Assembly (NCBI GenBank): GCA_050178275.1
Contig: JBFXGF010000001.1
Location: forward strand, 1 to 24,211
Length of the DNA stretch: 24,211 nucleotides
From: Thermoplasmata archaeon
GTDB lineage: Archaea > Thermoplasmatota > Thermoplasmata > UBA10834
Reading direction: 5' to 3'
In this document: piece after piece, positions 16,796 to 23,304 of the stretch
How the letters are laid out: each line of letters begins with the position of its first letter
How positions within the stretch are numbered: the first letter of the stretch is position 1
The notes under the pieces: model-generated
The model's input: the letters and a program-made list of their open reading frames with translations, nothing else
Database searches by the model: none
Told to the model about the DNA's origin: nothing
Translations under genes and position numbers: made by a program

Positions 16796-16966
16796 TCACA
16801 GGCGCGCGCCCTCGAACTCCTCTTGGAGGTCTATGATGACCTGCTCCAATATCTCTTCCAAGGAGGCGCTCCTGTACTCTCTCATGCCGCCCAGGTCGCT
16901 CTGCACTCTGGCCACGTACGCGGCGTTGCTCTTCAGAAACTCAACGTTGCACAAGGGCTCTTCCAT
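16796..16966 (-). CDS. Small conserved-looking protein (56 aa), possible HicB/UPF0150-like fold; not in the ORF track
   Basis: Manual translation MEEPLCNVEFLKSNAAYVARVQSDLGGMREYRSASLEEILEQVIIDLQEEFEGARL*. SD GGGGTGA about 7 nt upstream of the ATG; BRE/TATA at 17057-17040. Confidence 0.75.
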   Translation of the reverse strand: MEEPLCNVEFLKSNAAYVARVQSDLGGMREYRSASLEEILEQVIIDLQEEFEGARL

Positions 16967-17039
16967 CCGTGTTCACCCCATCTGGCCCTGGGCACCACCC
17001 GAGGCCATGGATTGCACGCTGGCGCGCTATACGTGCACT

Positions 17040-17057
17040 ATTATTTAGTACTTTCTT
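17040..17057 (-). promoter_or_regulatory. BRE plus TATA promoter for the minus-strand small-ORF/Lrp/UPF0147/tRNA cluster
   Basis: Minus strand AAGAAAG-TAC-TAAATAAT, AT-rich in a GC-rich context. Confidence 0.55.
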
Positions 17058-17178
17058 ATGCGACTTCGAGCCCCAGGGGCAGGCCAGCTACCTAGGTCCA
17101 TGGTATGACAAAACTAGTCACGGGATTGCCCCGTCCCACTGGGTCGATGCCCAATAGCGTCCATCGCGTCCGACTAGG

Positions 17179-17188
17179 TTTTATATAT
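17179..17188. promoter_or_regulatory. TATA box TTTTATATAT (readable on both strands) in the divergent intergenic region upstream of the IleRS-like gene
   Basis: Strong TATA consensus about 120 nt upstream of ATG 17311. Confidence 0.55.
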
Positions 17189-17310
17189 CGTCCCCGCCGT
17201 TCCAAACAATCCGATGAACTCGGCTGGCCAGCTCCTGATTATCATTATAGGCTGATTCATGCCACCATTGCCGAGTTTGTGATAGAACCCTTTTGGAGGA
17301 GTCTGTTGCG

Positions 17311-20300
17311 ATGAGGAGGTACTACCGAGAACCCGCCGGGGAGACCCCGCCTCGGATCGAGGCGGAGGTCTTGGCGCTCTGGGGAGAGGAGGGCATCCTC
17401 TCCAAGGTCAAGGAGCGTATGCGGGGCGGGGCCCCCCTCGTCTTCTGCGAGGGCCCCCCGACGGCGAACCGCCCGCCACACATGGGCGACGCCCTCACGC
17501 GCGCGGTCAAGGACGCGTTCCTCAGGTATCATATCATGAACGGCCGGATGATCGTCCCCTACATCGCCGGCTGGGACTGCCACGGGCTGCCGGTCGAGCT
17601 CGAGGCCGAGAGGAGCCTCGGGATCGACAGCAAGGCTGAGATAGAGTCCTACGGCGTGGACAGGTTCAACGCGTTGTGCCGCGAGCGGGTCGTGCGCTAC
17701 AAGGCCGATTGGGAGGAGATGAGCCGTCGTGTGGGCTACGGGATCGACTACGAGGACGCCTACCTGACGATGTCGAACGAGTACGTCGAGAGCGTCTGGT
17801 GGTCCCTGAAGCAGTTGCACTCGAAGGGGTTGCTGTCAAGGTCATCACAAGTCGTGCCTTACTGCCCGAGGTGCGGCACATCCCTCAGCACGCACGAGGT
17901 CGCCCTAGGTTTCAAGGAGTCCGAGGTCAGATGGACCCTGGTCAGGTTCAGGATCCCCTCCATCGACGCGTCCGCCCTCGTATACACGGAGTCCCCGTGG
18001 ACGTTGGCCGCGAACGCGCTGTTGGCTGTCGACCCGTCGAAGCGGTACTCGGTGTTCGAGTCGTCGGGCGAGAAGTTCCTGGTGGCCGATGAGAAGGCCG
18101 AGCTCTTGGGTCCGGCCAGGAAACCCCTGAGGACGATGCCTGGTTCGGAGCTCGTGGGCCTGTCCTACGAGCCGCCGCTCAAGTATCACGAATTCAACGG
18201 TCACGCCTTCAGGATCGTCTCGTCCACGGAGGTCACCAAGGAGGAAGGCACGGGTATCATGCACGTGTCCCCGCCGTACGCGTCCGCGGACCACGGCATA
18301 GGTGTGGTCGAGGGCGTCGGCCTGTTCGACCCGGTGGATGACACTGGCAGGTTCACGGACGCCGTTCCGGACCTCGCGGGCAAGTTCGTGCACGACGCCT
18401 CGTCGGACGTGGTGCGGATGCTGGAGGCGAACGGCCTGCTCTTCAAGTGGGGCCTGACGAAGCGCTCGAGCCCATTCTGCTGGCGGTGCCGCACGCCCCT
18501 GTTGTACAGGCTCACGGACGCGTGGTCCGTGCACGTGTCGGCCGCGAAGGCGCGCATGTCCCAGCTCAACTCAGGCGTCAGGTGGGTCCCGGAGGACTAC
18601 AGGGACGGCAGATTCGGCGACTTCCTCGAGGACGCGAAGGACTGGTCGGTCAGCAGGAGCAGGTACTGGGGAACGCCGCTGCCAGTCTGGCGGTGCGGTT
18701 CCGGGCACGAGGTCTGCGTCGGCAGTCTCGAGGAGATGTCGAGGATGTCTACCGCCCCCCTCCCGGCGTCGCTCGACCTCCACAGGCCACATATCGACGC
18801 CGTCAGGCTGCGCTGCCCTGAGTGCGGGGGCGAAATGACCAGGGAGCCCTACGTCCTGGATTGCTGGTACGACTCCGGTTGCGCCCCGTTCGCCCAATAT
18901 CACTATCCTTTCGAGAACATGGCGGAGTTCGAGACCCACAGGTCCGTGGACTTCATCACGGAGTCGGCGGACCAGACCAGGGGCTGGTTCTACACGCAGC
19001 ACGTGGTCAGCACCCTCCTGTTCGACGCCCCCGCGTTCAAGTCCGTGCTCGTGCTAGGGGACCTCCTTGACGAGAAGGGCCAGGTCATTAGGTCTTCGGC
19101 CGGGAACACGGTCCCGCCGGGCGAGGTGTTCTCGTCGGTGGGCGCTGACGCGGCGAGGTTGTACTTGCTGGGCTCCGAGGTGTGGCAGCCCGTCAGGTTC
19201 TCCATGGACGACGTGAGGAAGGCCATGTTCGGCACGTTCACCACCGTCCTGAACCTTTACGCCTTCTACTCGTCGAACGCGAACGCATACGGCTACACCG
19301 GCCAGAAGGCCAAAGGGCGGACCCACGACCTCGACCGGTGGATCATATCGAGGCTCAACTCCACGGTGAGGGATGTCAGGGCGGGTTTCGACGCGCTCGA
19401 GGTCCAGTCCGCCGTGCACGCGGTCATCCGGTTCATCGACGACCTCAGCGGCTGGTACGTGCGCAGGTCCAGGAGGCGGTTCTGGGTCGAGAGCGACCCG
19501 GAGGACAGGTTCTCCGCCCACGCGACGCTCAACGAGTGCCTCACGACCCTGTCGCTGCTGATGGCCCCGGCCGCGCCGTTCTTCTCGGACTGGTTATACA
19601 GGTGCCTCAAGGGTCCGAAAGAGTCCGTGCACCTCGAGGATTTCCCAGCCGCCGACGAGTCCCAGATAGACCCGTCCCTCGAGTCGCAGATGGCGCTGGT
19701 CAGGCAGGCCGTCGAGGCCGGGAGGACCGCGAGGCAGGGAGCCAACATCAAGCTCAGGCAGCCGCTCGACAAGGCGGTCATCGCGGCCGGCAGGGACGGC
19801 GTCTGGGTCCTCCGGAGGTATGAGAAGATGCTCTCCGAGGAGCTCAATGTCAAGCAGGTCGAGTGCATCGAGTCGAGGGAGAGCATGATGGAGTTCACCG
19901 TCTCCCCGAACCTCAGGACGATCGGGCCGAAGTACAAGGAGACCGCGGCGGAGGTGTCGCGCATGCTGGGTCAGGTAGACGGGAACGAGCTCGTGAGACA
20001 CCTCAGGTCGGTCGGACGGGTGAGGCTCGGCGGGTTCGACCTGTACGAGGAGGACGTGGTCGTGTCCGAGCGGCAGAAGGGCGGATATGCCCACGCGAGC
20101 GCCGGCGATGTCCATGTTTACATGTCGCTCGCGGTCGATAAGAAGCTCAGGATCGAGGGTCTCGCGAGAGAGGTCATCAGACGCATCCAGCATATGCGCA
20201 AGGAGCAGGGGCTGCAGTTCGAGGACGAGATAGAGGTCGGTTACGACGCGCACCCGGACATCGAGGCGGCCATCGCGTCGTACAGGCCTCACATAGCCAA

Positions 20301-20409
20301 CGAGACGCATGCCCGCTCGGTGGAGAAGGCGCCCAGCGAGGAGGGCGCCAAGAGCTGGACCGTGGACAAGATGCCGCTCGAGCTGACGGTCAGGAAGGCC
20401 GGACGCTGA
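17311..20409 (+). CDS. ileS: Isoleucyl-tRNA synthetase-like protein (type 2/archaeal IleRS architecture) with degenerate HIGH and KMSKS motifs; possibly a catalytically inactive paralogue
   Basis: EGPPTAN, GWDCHGLPVE, YCPRCGTSLS, DWSVSRSRYWGTPLPVW, VLDCWYDSG, DQTRGWFY, LSGWYVRRSRRRFW, KLRQPL, EGLAREVIRRIQHMRK. HIGH reads HMGD (17479-17490) and KMSKS reads VIRSS (19084-19098). ATG 17311 follows GGAGGA. The family call is secure; synthetase activity is doubtful. Confidence 0.9.
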   Translation: MRRYYREPAGETPPRIEAEVLALWGEEGILSKVKERMRGGAPLVFCEGPPTANRPPHMGDALTRAVKDAFLRYHIMNGRMIVPYIAGWDCHGLPVELEAERSLGIDSKAEIESYGVDRFNALCRERVVRYKADWEEMSRRVGYGIDYEDAYLTMSNEYVESVWWSLKQLHSKGLLSRSSQVVPYCPRCGTSLSTHEVALGFKESEVRWTLVRFRIPSIDASALVYTESPWTLAANALLAVDPSKRYSVFESSGEKFLVADEKAELLGPARKPLRTMPGSELVGLSYEPPLKYHEFNGHAFRIVSSTEVTKEEGTGIMHVSPPYASADHGIGVVEGVGLFDPVDDTGRFTDAVPDLAGKFVHDASSDVVRMLEANGLLFKWGLTKRSSPFCWRCRTPLLYRLTDAWSVHVSAAKARMSQLNSGVRWVPEDYRDGRFGDFLEDAKDWSVSRSRYWGTPLPVWRCGSGHEVCVGSLEEMSRMSTAPLPASLDLHRPHIDAVRLRCPECGGEMTREPYVLDCWYDSGCAPFAQYHYPFENMAEFETHRSVDFITESADQTRGWFYTQHVVSTLLFDAPAFKSVLVLGDLLDEKGQVIRSSAGNTVPPGEVFSSVGADAARLYLLGSEVWQPVRFSMDDVRKAMFGTFTTVLNLYAFYSSNANAYGYTGQKAKGRTHDLDRWIISRLNSTVRDVRAGFDALEVQSAVHAVIRFIDDLSGWYVRRSRRRFWVESDPEDRFSAHATLNECLTTLSLLMAPAAPFFSDWLYRCLKGPKESVHLEDFPAADESQIDPSLESQMALVRQAVEAGRTARQGANIKLRQPLDKAVIAAGRDGVWVLRRYEKMLSEELNVKQVECIESRESMMEFTVSPNLRTIGPKYKETAAEVSRMLGQVDGNELVRHLRSVGRVRLGGFDLYEEDVVVSERQKGGYAHASAGDVHVYMSLAVDKKLRIEGLAREVIRRIQHMRKEQGLQFEDEIEVGYDAHPDIEAAIASYRPHIANETHARSVEKAPSEEGAKSWTVDKMPLELTVRKAGR

Positions 20410-20881
20410 CCTTGCGCCTCTTCGACGGCAGGACCTTCTCCATCACATACGCGTGCCTGCCGGCGCCGTAGTAGTCCCTCATGACCACCCTCAGGGTGTA
20501 GCCCTGCTTGAGGTACAGCGCTATAGCGGGCTCGTTGCTGACATCCACCTCGAGCCCGAAGGTCCTCGCGCCCATGCCCTCCAAGGACTTCTCAGCCTCG
20601 CGCAGCATCGACGTGCCCACGCCCTCTCTCCTCCGGCCCTCGAGGACCGCCATCGACGCTATCCTTCCTTCGGCTCTGCTCTTCGAGCAGAGGCACAGGA
20701 CCGCCCCTATCACGCGCCCACCGTCGTCGGCGACCAGGGCGAACGCGTCGTCCCTCAGCAGGAAGGCCTTCATGGTGTCCTCTGAGAACTTCTCGGCCCC
20801 GAAGCATTCCTGCTCGAGCCGCATCAGGCCCTCGAGGTCATCCATGGCGCCTTCCCTGACATCCACGGCACGTGGTACCAT
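20390..20881 (-). CDS. GNAT family N-acetyltransferase (RimI-like)
   Basis: LEQECF, RIASMAVLEGRRREGVG (motif A), LEVDVSNEPAIALYLKQGY. The ORF track extension to 21349 is antisense to asnS and was trimmed. Start is ATG 20881 or GTG 20866. Confidence 0.9.
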   Translation of the reverse strand: MVPRAVDVREGAMDDLEGLMRLEQECFGAEKFSEDTMKAFLLRDDAFALVADDGGRVIGAVLCLCSKSRAEGRIASMAVLEGRRREGVGTSMLREAEKSLEGMGARTFGLEVDVSNEPAIALYLKQGYTLRVVMRDYYGAGRHAYVMEKVLPSKRRKVSVRPS

Positions 20882-20920
20882 CCAGCCACGATAAGTCCAT
20901 TGCGGCCCGCGTCCGAAGGG

Positions 20921-20928
20921 CTTATATT
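20921..20928 (+). promoter_or_regulatory. TATA box CTTATATT of a leaderless asnS transcript
   Basis: Ends about 24 nt before ATG 20952. Confidence 0.55.
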
Positions 20929-20951
20929 CGGATTGGGGCTTCAGCATCTGG

Positions 20952-22241
20952 ATGGTCGTGATAAAGGACGCCCTCTCGAAGGACATGGTCGGAAAGCCCG
21001 TCCAGTTGAGGGGCTGGATATACCGGACCCGGAGCAGCGGGGGCATCGTGTTCGCCGTGCTCAGGGACTCGACTGGCATAGTCCAGGTCACTGTGAAGAA
21101 GGGCTCGGTGCCCGAACCGGACTTCATCGCCGCCACGAACTCAGGCATCGAGTCATCCGTCATCATAGATGGCACGGTCGCGGAGGACGCCCGCGCCCCC
21201 GGGGGGTACGAGGTGCGCGCGACCAAGTTCACGGTCGTCGGCCCCACGGAACCGTTCCCCATCACGGAGTACCAGAGCACCGAGCTCCTGCTCGACCTGC
21301 GGCACCTGTGGATACGGTCCAGGGAGCAGACCGCGGCGATGCGGATCAAGGACGCCCTGCTGCGGGGGGCGAGGCAGTGGTTCCACGAGAACGACTACGT
21401 CGAGGTGACCCCACCCATCATCACGGGCGTCGCCGCCGAGGACAGCACCCAGCTCTTCCAGATCAAGTACTTCGACAGGATCGCATACCTGTCCCAGAGC
21501 GCCCAGTTCTACCTCGAGTCGCTCATCTACTCCTGCGACAAGGTGTTCTCCCTCACGCCCTCGTTCAGGGCCGAGAAGTCGAGGACGCCCAGGCACCTGG
21601 CCGAGTTCTGGCACCTCGAGATGGAGGCCGCCTGGGTCGACAACCTCGGTAACATGAAGGTCCAGGAGGAGCTCGTGACCGCGATGCTGCACAAGGCCGC
21701 GGCCGACTGTCGGGCCGAGCTCGAGCTGTTCAAGCGGGACCCGGAGACGCTGAGGAGCATCGCGCCGCCGTTCGACAGGGTCCAATACGGCGAGGCCATC
21801 GACCGGCTCCAGGCGAAGGGGTTGGATGTCAGCTGGGGAGCCGACTTCGGAGCAGTCGAGGAGCGCGAGCTGACCAAGGACAGCGGGATGCCGATGTTCG
21901 TGGTCAACTACCCGAAGGAGCTCAAGCCGTTCTACATGAAGGAGAACCCGGACGACCCCAGGACGTACAAGAACACCGACCTCCTGGCGCCAGAGGGCTT
22001 CGGCGAGATTATCGGCGGGAGCGAGAGGGAGACGGACAACGCCCTCATAATCGAGCGGATCAAGGAGAAGGGCGAGGACCTGGACAAGTACTCGTGGTAT
22101 CTCGACCTGAGGAGGTACGGCTCGGTGCCTCACTCCGGGTTCGGCCTGGGCGTCGAGAGGTTCGTGACATGGGTCTGCAAGATGGACCACATAAGGGACG
22201 CGATACCGTACCCGAGGACCGTGTCCCGCGTGTTCCCCTAG
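20952..22241 (+). CDS. asnS: Asparagine--tRNA ligase (class IIb)
   Basis: OB-fold LRGWIYRTRSSGGIVFAVLRDSTG, LRHLWIRS, LSQSAQFYLE, motif 2 FRAEKSRTPRHLAEFW, EIIGGSERE, motif 3 HSGFGLGVER. Confidence 0.95.
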   Translation: MVVIKDALSKDMVGKPVQLRGWIYRTRSSGGIVFAVLRDSTGIVQVTVKKGSVPEPDFIAATNSGIESSVIIDGTVAEDARAPGGYEVRATKFTVVGPTEPFPITEYQSTELLLDLRHLWIRSREQTAAMRIKDALLRGARQWFHENDYVEVTPPIITGVAAEDSTQLFQIKYFDRIAYLSQSAQFYLESLIYSCDKVFSLTPSFRAEKSRTPRHLAEFWHLEMEAAWVDNLGNMKVQEELVTAMLHKAAADCRAELELFKRDPETLRSIAPPFDRVQYGEAIDRLQAKGLDVSWGADFGAVEERELTKDSGMPMFVVNYPKELKPFYMKENPDDPRTYKNTDLLAPEGFGEIIGGSERETDNALIIERIKEKGEDLDKYSWYLDLRRYGSVPHSGFGLGVERFVTWVCKMDHIRDAIPYPRTVSRVFP

Positions 22242-23299
22242 GCGCCAGACATCCGCGAGCAGTACTCGGCGTATATCTCGGCCGCCTTCGCGACGTCCGC
22301 CACGCGTATCTGCTCGTCCGGTATGTGGCACCCCGCTGAGTCCCCGGGGCCGCACACCATCAGCTTCTTGTTGACTCCCTTGAACATGACCATCTCGGTC
22401 GCGTAGGGCACCGACACGACCTTCGCCCCGGGGCCGACGACATCCAGCATGACCTTGACCGCCTCTATGTCCGGCTCCGTCCCGACCGGGTCAAGCTCGT
22501 GCAGGACCTTCACCTCGTAGCCCTTGCCGCCCGCCTTCTCCCTGACGAGCTCGAGCACCGCCTGCGCGCTCATGTGCGGCGGGTATCGGACATCGACCTC
22601 GGCGACGCACTCGTCGGGGATGACGTTCATCGCCGTCCCGCCATGGATGGTGTCCACGCACAGGGTCATCTGCTCCATGGGGTCCTCGGGCGGCCGGTAC
22701 ACGTCCTCCAGCTTCGATAGCACCGAGACCATCTTCGCGATGGCGTTCTCGCCCGTGTGGGGCATGCTCGCGTGCGCGGCCTTGCCCTTGGTCGTGATGG
22801 AGAACTGCACCAGCCCCTTCTCCCTCACGACTATGTCGAACTCGGTCGCCTCCGTGACCACCACGGCCGGCGCGCTCAGGAACGCGGGGTCCTTGGACGC
22901 CGAGGCGGCGCCGGCCATCGAGGTCTCCTCGTCCGTCGTGAGGCACAGGGCGACCGGTACGCCGGCCGCGACCAGCTTCTCGGCCGCGAGCAGCATGGCT
23001 GCGCACCCGCCCTTCATGTCGTTCGTGCCCCGCCCGTACATGACGCCGTCGACGATCTCCCCCTGCCCCCGGGTCCAGCCAGTGCCTATGGGCACGGTGT
23101 CCAGGTGCCCCGAGAGAATGACCCCGCCCTTGCCGTACTCGCCTACGAACGCGGGGTAGTCTTTGGAGCCGTACCTGCGCACGTCCATGCCCAGTCCCTC
23201 CATGAACCTGCAGACGTAGTCGGTTATTGGCCCCATAGGGTCCGTGTCCTGCGATCTCATGAGCACGAGCTCTGTCAGCACGGTCTTCGCGTCGGACAT
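22238..23299 (-). CDS. M20 family metallohydrolase (ArgE/DapE-like)
   Basis: SGHLDTVP, GRGTNDMKGG, DEE, EAT, GKAAHAS, CHIPDE. Start trimmed to MSDAK at 23299, with SD GGTGA in the upstream stop. Confidence 0.92.
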   Translation of the reverse strand: MSDAKTVLTELVLMRSQDTDPMGPITDYVCRFMEGLGMDVRRYGSKDYPAFVGEYGKGGVILSGHLDTVPIGTGWTRGQGEIVDGVMYGRGTNDMKGGCAAMLLAAEKLVAAGVPVALCLTTDEETSMAGAASASKDPAFLSAPAVVVTEATEFDIVVREKGLVQFSITTKGKAAHASMPHTGENAIAKMVSVLSKLEDVYRPPEDPMEQMTLCVDTIHGGTAMNVIPDECVAEVDVRYPPHMSAQAVLELVREKAGGKGYEVKVLHELDPVGTEPDIEAVKVMLDVVGPGAKVVSVPYATEMVMFKGVNKKLMVCGPGDSAGCHIPDEQIRVADVAKAAEIYAEYCSRMSGA

Positions 23300-23304
23300 C
23301 GTGG

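Noticed and set aside
16967-17310. Possible SRP RNA, RNase P RNA, box C/D RNA or replication origin in the long divergent intergenic region
   Set aside because: No SRP helix 8 or RNase P GAGGAAAGUCC signature, no paired C/D boxes, no repeated ORB elements, and no cdc6 nearby.
21421-21460. AsnRS flipping loop reads AAEDSTQLF instead of EGG
   Set aside because: As I recall, AEDST-type loops occur in ordinary AsnRS enzymes such as those of streptococci. Motifs 2 and 3 are intact, so there is no case for a second degenerate synthetase.
21153-22355. 400-aa ORF antisense to asnS (tempting as a bidirectionally coded aaRS gene)
   Set aside because: It is in exact codon register with asnS. In GC3-rich genes the sense codons TTA, CTA and TCA are rare, so the antisense frame lacks stops. 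The translation has no recognisable motifs.
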